Shown piece after piece: positions 1-9,733 of a stretch of DNA of 40,175 nucleotides. Position numbers and translations under genes: made by a program. Source of the DNA: Candidatus Omnitrophota bacterium (GTDB lineage Bacteria > Omnitrophota > Gorgyraeia > Gygaellales > Profunditerraquicolaceae); NCBI GenBank assembly GCA_016214325.1, contig JACROS010000005.1, forward strand, positions 1-40,175. The letters run 5' to 3'. Below the pieces are notes generated by a model, which was given only the letters and a program-made list of their open reading frames with translations, did not search any database and was not told the DNA's origin. The stretch's first letter is position 1, and every line of letters starts with the position of its first letter.

Positions 1-826
1 TAGGCCCTTTTTCAGAATCACTAAGAATATAATTTTCTTGAGAGTTTTTCTGAGCGGCACTGCCTGCTTTTTTCTCCAGGACAAAAAGTAAACAAGAACC
101 ATTTCCTGAATCATTCATATAATCATCTCTTAATATCCGGCTAAAAACAGAAGCAACTATTTTACGATGAAAATTTATCCCCACTAAACTTAAAACTCCC
201 GAGATAAATCTAACAATTGAGCCAAGATTCAGCTTGCTTATGCCGATATACTGCAGGTCCGTCCAAAGAAAAAATGTTCTTTCTACTTCGGGAGCCAGAT
301 AATACCTGCTTTGTAGCAGTCTAAAATTTGTCTTCTCAAATATTTTCTCCCAAAAAGAAATATTTTTAAGGCTGTTCAATGCTAAACGTTTAGTCAAATA
401 GCTCTTCCAAATTAAGCTTAATTTGTTTAATTTTAATTTCTTCAAGAAAACAAAAACAGGGTCCTGATCGCTAAAGTTTGCGCAATTAATTGTAAGGACA
501 ACCTTGGCATTATCCTTTAAAACCCTTGAAGATTCAGATAAAACCTTATCCAGCCCTCCCTCGGGCACATGCTCTAAGAACGAATTAATCAATAAGCCCG
601 CGAAAGAATTATTCTTAAAAGATAAATTTTTAATCTTGTAATCTAACCCAACAACTCCTTTTTTTTCTAAAAGCACTAAAGCAAATGTTCCGTCACCACA
701 GCCCATATCTAAAATCGGAGCTATTAACTCAACATGTGAAATAATCTTTGCCTCAATAGCCCTTAACAAAGCCTTTGCAGGGTCCCAGTGATAGCTATAT
801 AAAAAATCCTTTAAATAATCTCTCAT
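1..826 (-). CDS. class I SAM-dependent methyltransferase (partial, C-terminus runs off left edge)
   Basis: Absent from the ORF track because no stop lies in the window. The ATG at 826..824 overlaps the murJ stop (TGA 825..823) as ATGA. My translation reads MRDYLKDFLYSYHWDPAKALL...ILDMGCGDGTFALVLL...NSFLEHVPEGG...VVLTINC. This shows motif I (GxGxG) and the xLEHV block of Methyltransf_11/23-type enzymes. The frame is open to position 1. Confidence 0.75.
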   Translation of the reverse strand, partial: MRDYLKDFLYSYHWDPAKALLRAIEAKIISHVELIAPILDMGCGDGTFALVLLEKKGVVGLDYKIKNLSFKNNSFAGLLINSFLEHVPEGGLDKVLSESSRVLKDNAKVVLTINCANFSDQDPVFVFLKKLKLNKLSLIWKSYLTKRLALNSLKNISFWEKIFEKTNFRLLQSRYYLAPEVERTFFLWTDLQYIGISKLNLGSIVRFISGVLSLVGINFHRKIVASVFSRILRDDYMNDSGNGSCLLFVLEKKAGSAAQKNSQENYILSDSEKGP

Positions 827-2400
827 AGCAATTCAGTGATTTGGCTAGGTGCTGGTTTAATTTTAAACAATGATTTTAATAATTCCAATTCTCTCGATTT
901 AAATAAAGCTGACAGAAAGTAATAGATTGCTCCTGCTGCTAAGAAAATAAACAGCAAGCTGAAAATTCTTCTACTAAAACCGTCAAATAAACCTAAAGAT
1001 TCAAAAAGATATCTTAAGATAAAAACAAAAAGCCCGGAAATTACTGTAATACTAATAATTTTTAACAAATGATAAAAAAACTCAGCGTTTAATTTATATT
1101 CAACAACTTTGCCCAAGAAATAATATGTCAATAACAATGCATTCAACAGTAAAGCTATCGAGAAAGATACTGACAAAGCAATAACAGGTGGCAAATATTT
1201 TAATAAAACAAACATCAGCGCACAGTTGATAGATAGCCTTAAGAAAAGAAAACATAGATACAATGCTGTTTTCTTTAAAACAATCGCTGTTCTTAAGCTG
1301 ACTGCCTCAATGCCTAAACCGGTTAAACCCAAAGATAAAAAAGCAATCGCCTGGGCAGTTTGATCAGCTGTTAACCAGTTAAACTTTCCATGAAGAAATA
1401 AAACCCTTGAAATCAATTCGGAAAGCAAGAAAACAAAAACAGAAATTGGAAGCAATACAAATATCATTATGTGAAAAAACCTGATAATCGTATCCCTAAA
1501 TTTCATATTATCCGAAATAGAATGCTCCACCATTATAGGATAGAAAAGATAAAATGTTAATCCCTCAATAACCAAAAGCGGAGCCTGAATCACAATATAA
1601 CCATAATTAAGTATTGAAATAGCACCTGAATAATGTGAAGCAAAAATACGCGTAATGACCATAATACTCTCCATCACCAGCAACACCACAACAATCATAA
1701 TAAAAGATTTCAGGATTCCCGATATTTGGCTCTTCACCAAAGAATCGCTGTGAAAATGGCTGATTCCTCTAAAATGATTAAATGAAACAAACTGGCCTGC
1801 CATTTTAAAAAAAGCCCCGGCTAATACTCCCGCCGCAAGCGCATAAATTCCCCAAAAATATGCAAGAAATAGCACAGAAAAAAGAACCACGAAATTATTC
1901 AAAGGCTGAGAGCAAGAAGCTATGATCCTACTATTATGGCTTGTGTTAACCGACTGTAAAATCGCAGATACCCCTCCAAACAAAATCGCAAAAGACATAA
2001 TCCGCAACAAAACAACAGCCAAGGATAATGACTGATAATCAAACCCAGGAACTAAAAATCTCAAAATAAATTCTGCCCCCAGGATTAAAACAAAACTAAC
2101 TCCTAGAAGCCAGAAAAAAACAACTTTTGAAAACGATACGAACAAAGCAAGCCCATCCTCTTTGTTCTTGTTTTTTATTGCAAAATAAACCGGAATATAT
2201 GCTGAATATAGCGCCCAACTTATAATACTCTCAATTCTAAGAGGGATAGCCCTGGCTGCAATAAAAGCATCAGTTATTCTTGAGGCCCCGAATTTAATAG
2301 CAATAAGCAAATCAACAAAATAACCCAAGAACTTACCTAAAATAATAACTATGCCGATTAAAACAACCGGTTTCTTAATAAACTCAAGCAGCAGCTTCAC
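823..2400 (-). CDS. murJ: MurJ/MviN-family (MOP superfamily) lipid-linked glycan flippase
   Basis: 525 aa, hydrophobic throughout (multi-pass). The N-terminal block LGKFLGYFVDLLIAIKFGASRITDAFIAARAIPLRI...YIPVY matches the MurJ signature as I recall it from E. coli MurJ (LGFARD..VARIFGAG..TDAFFVAFKLPNLLRR). GTG start at 2400; 17-nt overlap with the upstream gene. Confidence 0.75.
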   Translation of the reverse strand: MKLLLEFIKKPVVLIGIVIILGKFLGYFVDLLIAIKFGASRITDAFIAARAIPLRIESIISWALYSAYIPVYFAIKNKNKEDGLALFVSFSKVVFFWLLGVSFVLILGAEFILRFLVPGFDYQSLSLAVVLLRIMSFAILFGGVSAILQSVNTSHNSRIIASCSQPLNNFVVLFSVLFLAYFWGIYALAAGVLAGAFFKMAGQFVSFNHFRGISHFHSDSLVKSQISGILKSFIMIVVVLLVMESIMVITRIFASHYSGAISILNYGYIVIQAPLLVIEGLTFYLFYPIMVEHSISDNMKFRDTIIRFFHIMIFVLLPISVFVFLLSELISRVLFLHGKFNWLTADQTAQAIAFLSLGLTGLGIEAVSLRTAIVLKKTALYLCFLFLRLSINCALMFVLLKYLPPVIALSVSFSIALLLNALLLTYYFLGKVVEYKLNAEFFYHLLKIISITVISGLFVFILRYLFESLGLFDGFSRRIFSLLFIFLAAGAIYYFLSALFKSRELELLKSLFKIKPAPSQITELL

Positions 2401-3676
2401 TTTTTCTCTCTTTCTCCCACAGCCAAAAGACTAAAGCTGTAACCGACCAAAAAATAAACATAATGCGCGAAATCATAAAAACAACCAAAGCATTAGAAAC
2501 AATAAGTAGGCCCAAAAACCCCCCAAGATAACCTGCAGCAATACCCTTAGTAAAATTACTTACTGCCTTTTTTTGCAGAAACCAAGCAACTTTCAAAACA
2601 GAAAGTATTATTGCAACAAAAGCAACAAACCCAAAAATTCCTGTTTCAGCAAAAATCATCAGGTACTGATTTTCATAAAAAACCCTCTCTCTTGCCCCCA
2701 AACCTATACCAAACAACGGATACTGCTTTATGCCTTCCCAGGCATACTTAATTTGCCCAAAACGATAGGCAACTGAAGAACTATTAGGGTCAGAATTTAA
2801 AAAAGCTTGTTTAATTGAAAATAAGCGCTCAAGTATTGCCTGAGGAAAGAAAAGTATAACAAAGGCAATAATAAATATTGTTAAAATCAAAATCTTTCTG
2901 CTCCTCAATGCAGAAATGAGCAAGAACGAAATAAAAAGCGCTATGTAGCTTGCACGAGAATAAGTCCAGAATAACGCTAAACTTAAAATAATAATTCCAA
3001 TTAAACAAAGAATTATTTTTACCGGGAACTTCCCCAAGTAAAGCAAGATTCCAAATAATATTGATGAAAAAAACATCAATACTGCGGCAAAATGACTAGC
3101 ATCGTGATAAAAAAATCCCCGCTCATAAATCCGGTAATAAAAAGGATAGCTAAAAGGATAGTGAGTATAAGGAAAAAAATGCTCAATTATTCCATAACCA
3201 GCCAGAAGAAAAACAGAAATAAATATTATTTCTAAAAAAAACTTAACCTTTAATTCTTCCCGGAGAATAGCTATGGTTAGGTAAAATACAAGAAAATACT
3301 GAATAATTTTTGACAGATAAAAAACCCCGATAAACGGACCCGGCATTACATGCTCCAATATGCCAAAGAAAACAGATAATAAGCCAATAAAAATAAAAAC
3401 AATTATTGGTAAATCTATTGGAAAACCACTTATAGCCTTTAATCTAAAGGCTGCTAAAATAAACAGTAAAATAAATGCTATGTCTTCCGGCTTAACAAAT
3501 ACTAGCTCGCTATCAAGCCGAAATAAATTAATTTTAAAAGAAAATAAAGAAAATAAAATTAATAACGACCAAATAAATTTTACCAGAAACGAATACAGCT
3601 TTGATTGCAGCAGATGCGGAAAAATACTCAAGAATCCTGAAGAAGCAAAGACTCCGGAAAATTCTTTTTTAGACAT
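2384..3676 (-). CDS. O-antigen ligase / polymerase family (Wzy_C-type) membrane protein
   Basis: 430 aa multi-pass membrane protein. The WTYSRASYIALFISFLL block is followed by a loop (NSDPNSSSVAYRFGQIKYAWEG) and further helices, which is typical of the O-antigen-ligase (WaaL/Wzy_C) family. The ATG at 3676 overlaps the upstream stop by 1 nt (TAATG). Confidence 0.7.
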   Translation of the reverse strand: MSKKEFSGVFASSGFLSIFPHLLQSKLYSFLVKFIWSLLILFSLFSFKINLFRLDSELVFVKPEDIAFILLFILAAFRLKAISGFPIDLPIIVFIFIGLLSVFFGILEHVMPGPFIGVFYLSKIIQYFLVFYLTIAILREELKVKFFLEIIFISVFLLAGYGIIEHFFPYTHYPFSYPFYYRIYERGFFYHDASHFAAVLMFFSSILFGILLYLGKFPVKIILCLIGIIILSLALFWTYSRASYIALFISFLLISALRSRKILILTIFIIAFVILFFPQAILERLFSIKQAFLNSDPNSSSVAYRFGQIKYAWEGIKQYPLFGIGLGARERVFYENQYLMIFAETGIFGFVAFVAIILSVLKVAWFLQKKAVSNFTKGIAAGYLGGFLGLLIVSNALVVFMISRIMFIFWSVTALVFWLWEKERKSEAAA

Positions 3677-4128
3677 TATTGCTTTTCTCTCTTCACGCTA
3701 AACACCACTCCCCTTAAAACATAATCTTTATTCTCAAGAATAAAATCCTGTCCGGGGCGCAAAATATTACTGCCGTATTTAATAAACCCGTAACTGTCAA
3801 TTGAAGCTCTTAATTTTAGAACAACAATCTTCCCGCAGATTTCTCCATTTTGAAAATAATCCTTTATATCAATTACTTGAGCCATAAAATTATTCTCTAA
3901 ATCTCTTTGGCCGTCGCCTATTTTCACATAATCTTTAAGCCATTGTTTTTCTTTGTTTAACAATACCTCAACATAAACTTCTTCCTGCTGAGGCATTCTT
4001 CTTATTTTCTTTAAAATGCTTTGCGGCATAAAGGCGCGAGCAAAGAAAGCCAAAATTACCAGAAAAATAAAACTTAACACCAATAAATCAACAAGATTAA
4101 ATTTTCTAAAAATCTTCCCTATATCCAT
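3676..4128 (-). CDS. small N-terminally anchored protein, DUF4330-like (function unknown)
   Basis: 150 aa. The start MDIGKIFRKFNLVDLLVLSFIFLVILAFF (one TM segment) followed by a beta-rich soluble part resembles the DUF4330 pattern as I recall it. Clean ATG at 4128, coupled to the ligase gene. Confidence 0.5.
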   Translation of the reverse strand: MDIGKIFRKFNLVDLLVLSFIFLVILAFFARAFMPQSILKKIRRMPQQEEVYVEVLLNKEKQWLKDYVKIGDGQRDLENNFMAQVIDIKDYFQNGEICGKIVVLKLRASIDSYGFIKYGSNILRPGQDFILENKDYVLRGVVFSVKREKQ

Positions 4129-4140
4129 ACCCTGCCTTTC

Positions 4141-5001
4141 TTAGGCTCTTAAGCAAAATAAATTAGTAAAATTTTGTTTTTCTTCAGTATAAGTATCAAG
4201 CAAGGCTTTTGCGCTTGTTCTTACCGGCTGAATATCAGCCAGGCTTATTTCATAAAAATCAAAACCATAACCTGAAAGAAGCTTTAGGAATAAATCCGCA
4301 TTGCTCCCGCAATATTTAAGCCCAAATGGCCAAAACTCAACCAAAAGCTTGATATCTTTATTCTTGCGCAAAATACCATCCATTCCTTTTATAATTGCTG
4401 CTTCTGCACCCTGTGCATCAATTTTTACAAAATCAATCTTGCCTGAATAATCTTTAAAATAATCATCCAAACTTGTTGCACCCACATCTATAGAATTAGG
4501 CATACTACTATCTACTAAACGATTATCCGCCTGATTATTTTTGTTTAAACACAATCTCATTCTTTTAGATCTATCCGATACTGCTAAAGGCTCCAAAGTA
4601 ACGCTGCTATAATTATTGTATTCAATATTCTTCTTAAGCAACTGAAAATTATTCGGCTCAGGTTCAAAAGCAAATACACGGCCTTGATTACCGGCTAATT
4701 TAGCAAAAAGCAATGTATAATAACCAATATTGGCCCCAATATCTAAGGCCGTGTCGCCTTTTTCAATCTTCTCCTTAACTAATCTCTTAATTTCTGGTTC
4801 ATAATTTTTGTTAATTGAAAGTCTGAGCGCATCAAATTTATCCAAAATAATCCTGTCTCCATCAACTATAACCTCTGCAGGCTTGAGTTTAAATAATACA
4901 TAATTATTTAAAGCCCTAACAAAAGGAAGCCTTGAAAAACCGCGCCCTCCTGCAAATTTATAGAACTTTTTGTAAATTTCAGAAATCCCTGCTTTAAGCA
5001 T
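4141..5001 (-). CDS. FkbM-family SAM-dependent methyltransferase
   Basis: 286 aa. Motifs ALDIGANIGYYTLLFAKLAG, VFAFEPEPNNFQLLKKNI and IDFVKIDAQGAE are characteristic of the Methyltransf_21/FkbM family. Confidence 0.85.
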   Translation of the reverse strand: MLKAGISEIYKKFYKFAGGRGFSRLPFVRALNNYVLFKLKPAEVIVDGDRIILDKFDALRLSINKNYEPEIKRLVKEKIEKGDTALDIGANIGYYTLLFAKLAGNQGRVFAFEPEPNNFQLLKKNIEYNNYSSVTLEPLAVSDRSKRMRLCLNKNNQADNRLVDSSMPNSIDVGATSLDDYFKDYSGKIDFVKIDAQGAEAAIIKGMDGILRKNKDIKLLVEFWPFGLKYCGSNADLFLKLLSGYGFDFYEISLADIQPVRTSAKALLDTYTEEKQNFTNLFCLRA

Positions 5002-5011
5002 CTCTAATTAT

Positions 5012-5926
5012 TTATTTTCTGACAAAAACAAGCAACGCCGATGAAATATAAACCCTGCCGAAACTAATAAAGTAAACTAAATTTGCCATTAAATTCAGGA
5101 AAATCTTTAATAACTCTGCTCCCTTCTCACTAAAATTAAACGATGCGTAAGGATTACCTTTCGTGAGAAAAGCATTTTTAACTTGAATATTACAGAAATT
5201 TGCCCTGCGCAGTAATTCTTTTATTGTTCTTGCGCTAAAGCCATAATTTACTATGATTGACGGGTCTTGAGCTTTCTTAAGAAATCTTTTCAACAAATAA
5301 AAGGTTTTGTGCAGACAGGAATGAAACAAAATATTGGGAACACGTATAATAAGAAACCCTCCGGGCCTTAGTATCCGATTAGTCTCCTTAAGCATAGATA
5401 GCGGATCACGCAAATGATCTAACACATTCCAAAGCGTAACTACATCAAAACTGCTCTTATCAAAATGCGCTTCCTCTATGCTTGAATTTAAAATCTCTAA
5501 CCCAAGTTTACTCTTTGCATACTCACACGCACCTTTTGACAATTCTATACCAGTAACCTCCCAGCCAGAAGACTTTGCTAAGTTTAAAAAGGTTCCAACA
5601 CCACAGCCAACATCAAGAATCTTTCCCTTTAGCCCATTGCGCCTTAATTCAATATCTGACAATGCTTTCTTAAAAACACTAACCCTGGCATCAGAAATCC
5701 TTTTTTCTAAATCTTGAGAGTGATGACTCTTACTAAAAAACTCTTTATTCAAATCCTCCCTTGGGCGAGGGTTGGCATAAACTAAGCCGCAATCAAGACA
5801 CTTAACAATATTAGTTCTTCCATAGTTATAGAGATGTTTAGTATTATTGTTGCCGCACAAATTACAACTTACAAACTCCTGGCCTCCTGGCAGAATATTC
5901 ATCATATTTCCTGTTTCCTTAACCAT
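5012..5926 (-). CDS. class I SAM-dependent methyltransferase with N-terminal Cys4 zinc ribbon
   Basis: 304 aa. Zinc ribbon CNLCG...x17...CLDCG, then ILDVGCGVGTFL (motif I) and FDVVTLWNVLDHLRDP. The C-terminal tail is hydrophobic. A better start is probably the ATG at 5905 (Met8). It forms an ATGA overlap with the upstream stop (TGA 5904..5902) and is preceded by AAGGAAACAGGAAAT. Confidence 0.8.
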   Translation of the reverse strand: MVKETGNMMNILPGGQEFVSCNLCGNNNTKHLYNYGRTNIVKCLDCGLVYANPRPREDLNKEFFSKSHHSQDLEKRISDARVSVFKKALSDIELRRNGLKGKILDVGCGVGTFLNLAKSSGWEVTGIELSKGACEYAKSKLGLEILNSSIEEAHFDKSSFDVVTLWNVLDHLRDPLSMLKETNRILRPGGFLIIRVPNILFHSCLHKTFYLLKRFLKKAQDPSIIVNYGFSARTIKELLRRANFCNIQVKNAFLTKGNPYASFNFSEKGAELLKIFLNLMANLVYFISFGRVYISSALLVFVRK

Positions 5927-7768
5927 AACTTAAATACCAGTAAAGCAAAAATCTGCGCTCCGAAGTCCTGCCTATTTTCAAAATGCTCCTTAAGCATCCA
6001 TTCCACAAAAGGCATTGAAAAAAAACTCCTGCTATTAGAATCATTTGCCAACAATATTTCTTTGGCGTTATTTTTTAATTGTGACCTAAACCAGCTATTT
6101 AATGGTATAGTAAACCCTAATTTTCTTTGTTTTAAAATCTGTTGAGGTAAAACTCCTTTCAGAGTTTTTTTAAGGACATACTTACTTATCCTCCCTTTTA
6201 ACTTAAACTCTAAGGGAATTGAAGACACAAACTCAACTACTTTATGATCTAAAAACGGAACCCTGACTTCAAGAGAATTCTTCATACTCATCATATCTAC
6301 CTTGCAAAGACAATCATCAGGAAGATATGTCTTTGTATCCACGAACAAAAGCTTTTCAATATCATTATCTATAAAATTTTTTGAAAAAAGGCCTAATATT
6401 CTTGAAGCGCTCTGATAACTACCTAGAGATCCCAAAATATTTTCAGTAAATAGACTAGATTTCATCTTTTGGGAAAAACATGTCCTTCGGCGCAAGAATG
6501 AATCTTCCAAAGACAGTTCTGAATCATAAACGAATCTTGCTATTTTATCCAGTAAAGTATTTCTTCTATCAGGCTGATAATCCTGGCTCAACAAAATGCG
6601 TTTTATAATTTCTCTTGCAATGCACCAAAGTCTTTTCCAATCGCCGCTAATATAGGGCTGGAATAGTATTTGATTGCCTCATTGAGAAAACGAATAAGGT
6701 ATTTGACCTGTTTATCGGGCTTCCACGATTTAATTATGCCGTAGAGTTTCTCTTTATTATCGCAAACGGCTCATCAAAATGCGCCACTAAAGCAGGCAAT
6801 AATTTTATAATATCTGGATCAAGATTTATTTCATGATGCTCTGTTCCAAACTCTTTAGCTACAAGCCTTGCGTATTCAAGCTCATCAAAACCTTTAGCAT
6901 TAAAGCCAACAGAAAATGTTTTTATCGCTTGTCCACTAACCTCGCTCATCAAAGCAACAATGGCGCTTGAATCCATGCCTCCGCTTAAAAAAGCTCCCAG
7001 AGGGACTTCGCTCATCAAATGCATTCTTATTGTTTCTGTTAACAAAGACCGTAAATTTTCAACATAATAAGCCTCATCTTGTCGTTTATTCTTTCTGTAA
7101 TCCAGCTCCCAATACTGTTTTATATTGATTTTATCTTTCTCAAATATCAATAAACAAGCAGGTGGTAATTTATAAATATCCTCAAAAATTGTATCCGGCC
7201 CGGGAACATACAGATATGTCAAGTAATCACTAACCGCTGTAAGAGAAACATGATTTTGCATGCCAGGATACTGCTTTATCGCTTTAATCTCGGAACCAAA
7301 TAGAAATAATCCATTCTTAAAATAATAAAACAAAGGTTTTATGCCCAACCTATCCCTAGCCAGAACAAGTTTCTTTTTATTTAAATCATAAATTGCTACA
7401 GCAAACATCCCCCTTAGCTCATCAACAAAATCCTCGCCCTTATCCTCATATAAATGCACTATAACCTCTACATCAGAATTTGTTTTAAAAATATGTCCTT
7501 GTTTAACAAGACGGTCTTTAAGTTCAATATAGTTATAAATTTCTCCGTTACAGATAACGACAATGGAATTTTCTTCATTATGAATTGGCTGGTGCCCGCC
7601 CAAAACATCAATGATGCTTAAACGGCGAATTCCCATACCAACATTATTAAACAGGAAATAACCGTCTTCATCCGGCCCCCGATGCACAATGGCGCCAGTT
7701 ATCTTTTTAAGAAACTCTCTGTCTACAGGCTTATTTTCCTGCTTGATAACCCCGCATATACCGCACAT
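5902..7768 (-). pseudogene. asparagine synthase (glutamine-hydrolysing) family amidotransferase, frame-disrupted
   Basis: The N-fragment 6734..7768 starts MCGICG (Ntn-GATase) and reaches SGGMDSS (PP-loop) and HFDEPFA. The C-fragment 5902..6594 carries KVDMMSMKNSLEVRVPFLD, the AsnB C-terminal block. The N frame stops at 6734 and the C frame only opens below a TGA at 6681..6679. At least two frame changes via the third frame are therefore needed. The expected DSS...SG.GGDE.FGGY segment after FDEPFA is not found in any frame. Confidence 0.8.
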
Positions 7769-7793
7769 AGAATATTAAGTACCCCCAATAACC

Positions 7794-8900
7794 TTAAGAA
7801 ACTGCCTTCTTATAAAAAACCTCATAATCACTGACCATCCGGATAAGATTAAATTTAGCTGCAGCAATTTTCCTGCCGTAAACACCCATTTCTCTGCTCA
7901 AGGCAACATCTTCAATCAATTTGATTATTGCTGCTTTCAATGCCTGGCTATCCTTAGGATTAAACAATATCCCGCTTTTACCATCTTCAACTGCCTCAGG
8001 AATTCCTCCTACATTGGTCGCAACAACAGCTAATCCCGAAGACATAGCTTCTAAAATCACGTTTGGCAAACCCTCTGTTAACGAAGATAAAATAAATATA
8101 TCAAAAACCGATAATAGTTCTTCAACATCGGTTCTCTTTCCGCAAAACCTAACATTTACATCAATACCAATCGCATTTGCATATTCACAGGCTTGGCTAT
8201 ATAAACCGCCGCTTCCTGCAACAATAAACTTTAAATCCGGGTATTTATCCTTAACCTTTGCTATTGCGTCAAAAGCAGTCTTATAATCTTTTACTAAGGC
8301 AAATTTTGTAATCATTCCAACAATGGCCCTGCTGTCTCCTAAATCCAAATCTGCCATAATCTTCGGATTCTTATGGCGAGGATAAAATTTAACCGTATCA
8401 ACACCGTTATAAATTGTAACTATCTTATTCTTTATAAATCTTTCAGTGGAAAGCGCATAATCCCTGGCTGCATTAGAACAAGCAACAACATGATCAGTAA
8501 AACAATTACTAAGATTAAGCAGCCAGCGGTGATAAAACTTCATCCATGAAGACAGCTCTCTTCGAGATGAAATAACACAACGAATTCCGGAAATCCTAGC
8601 TGGAAAAGTGGCAAGCAAATCAAAACCAAATAAATATGAATGCACAATATCAAACTTATGCTTTCTCATCAATATAAACAAATCTTTAATTATCCTAAAG
8701 TCATACACACTTTTTCTGTTTAAGGCAATAATATTTCTTCCCTCCAGCGATAATTTCTCGCCAAGCGAGCCAAAACCCTTGATACAACAAATCATCGGTT
8801 CAAAATCACGCTTATTTAGATTTTCAAACAAATTCAGCAAATGTTTTTCAGCACCTGCCTCATCTAAAATAGGAATTACAAAAAGTATACGAATTTTCAT
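7794..8900 (-). CDS. GT4-family glycosyltransferase (GT-B fold)
   Basis: MKIRILFVIPILDEAGAEKHLL is a Glyco_transf_4-type N-terminus. SSLTEGLPNVILEAMSSGLAVVATNVGGIPEAVEDGKSGILF is an E-x7-E Glycos_transf_1 motif. The ORF track extends to 8975, but the ATG at 8900 overlaps the upstream stop as ATGA (8897-8900) and gives the canonical N-terminus. Confidence 0.85.
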   Translation of the reverse strand: MKIRILFVIPILDEAGAEKHLLNLFENLNKRDFEPMICCIKGFGSLGEKLSLEGRNIIALNRKSVYDFRIIKDLFILMRKHKFDIVHSYLFGFDLLATFPARISGIRCVISSRRELSSWMKFYHRWLLNLSNCFTDHVVACSNAARDYALSTERFIKNKIVTIYNGVDTVKFYPRHKNPKIMADLDLGDSRAIVGMITKFALVKDYKTAFDAIAKVKDKYPDLKFIVAGSGGLYSQACEYANAIGIDVNVRFCGKRTDVEELLSVFDIFILSSLTEGLPNVILEAMSSGLAVVATNVGGIPEAVEDGKSGILFNPKDSQALKAAIIKLIEDVALSREMGVYGRKIAAAKFNLIRMVSDYEVFYKKAVS

Positions 8901-9733
8901 TGTTTGACAGCGTGAATAAGAACAGTTTTGCAGATATTTGTTCCTGAAGCCTTTAAAAGCTTTTGAGAGAAACAATTATAAATTTTTTCACTAATTCTTT
9001 GTCCGGAATAAAACTCGGAGTCGATGTTTAATATCTTAAATCCTAATTTATTAAAAAGAATACGTAATGCCTTAGAGTTAAACGCATAGAAATGCCATTC
9101 ATCAGCATCCTTGCGAAAGAAAGGCTTATTTAAAAGCCTTCTTAGGAACATCTCAATTAAAAAAGTATTTGGGACGGCCACAAAAAGATGCCCTCCGCTC
9201 TTTAGCGCTCTGTTTACTTGCCTAAGAGTGCCAAGCGGGCTATAAACATGCTCCAGTACTTGCCACATAGTTACCACATCAAAATAATCTAAAGGTAACC
9301 CTGCCTTTTCTACATACCCATGAAACATCTTAATATTTCTATGCTCAGATAAATAATCACAAACATACTTTGATATATCTGTACCAAAAACCTGCCAACC
9401 ATCATTCTTGGCAGTATACAAAAATAATCCCTGCCCAGTACCAATATCCAGAATCTTTCCCGAATTACAAAACCTTAAAACATAATTTAATCTCTTTCTT
9501 TTAAGGTCTATTTCTTTCCTAAAGTCATTTTTGACATTCACATAAAACTTTTCAATACTCGTTCCGTAATTTTTCTCAAAGTATGCCTTGCCATGAAAAT
9601 CCTGATGTTCGTCTTCAGAAGGCAATGGATCAATAAAAAACAACTGGCAAAATAAGCATTTATAAATACTATACTGCATCCATTTTTGATATAAGACTAA
9701 ATTCTTACTCTCGCAAACAGGGCAATTAATCAT
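8897..9733 (-). CDS. class I SAM-dependent methyltransferase with N-terminal Cys4 zinc ribbon
   Basis: 278 aa. CPVCES...CLFCQ ribbon, ILDIGTGQGLFL motif I and FDVVTMWQVLEHVYSP. It has the same architecture as the 5012..5926 product and is a clear but diverged paralogue. ATGA overlaps at both ends. Confidence 0.8.
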   Translation of the reverse strand: MINCPVCESKNLVLYQKWMQYSIYKCLFCQLFFIDPLPSEDEHQDFHGKAYFEKNYGTSIEKFYVNVKNDFRKEIDLKRKRLNYVLRFCNSGKILDIGTGQGLFLYTAKNDGWQVFGTDISKYVCDYLSEHRNIKMFHGYVEKAGLPLDYFDVVTMWQVLEHVYSPLGTLRQVNRALKSGGHLFVAVPNTFLIEMFLRRLLNKPFFRKDADEWHFYAFNSKALRILFNKLGFKILNIDSEFYSGQRISEKIYNCFSQKLLKASGTNICKTVLIHAVKQ

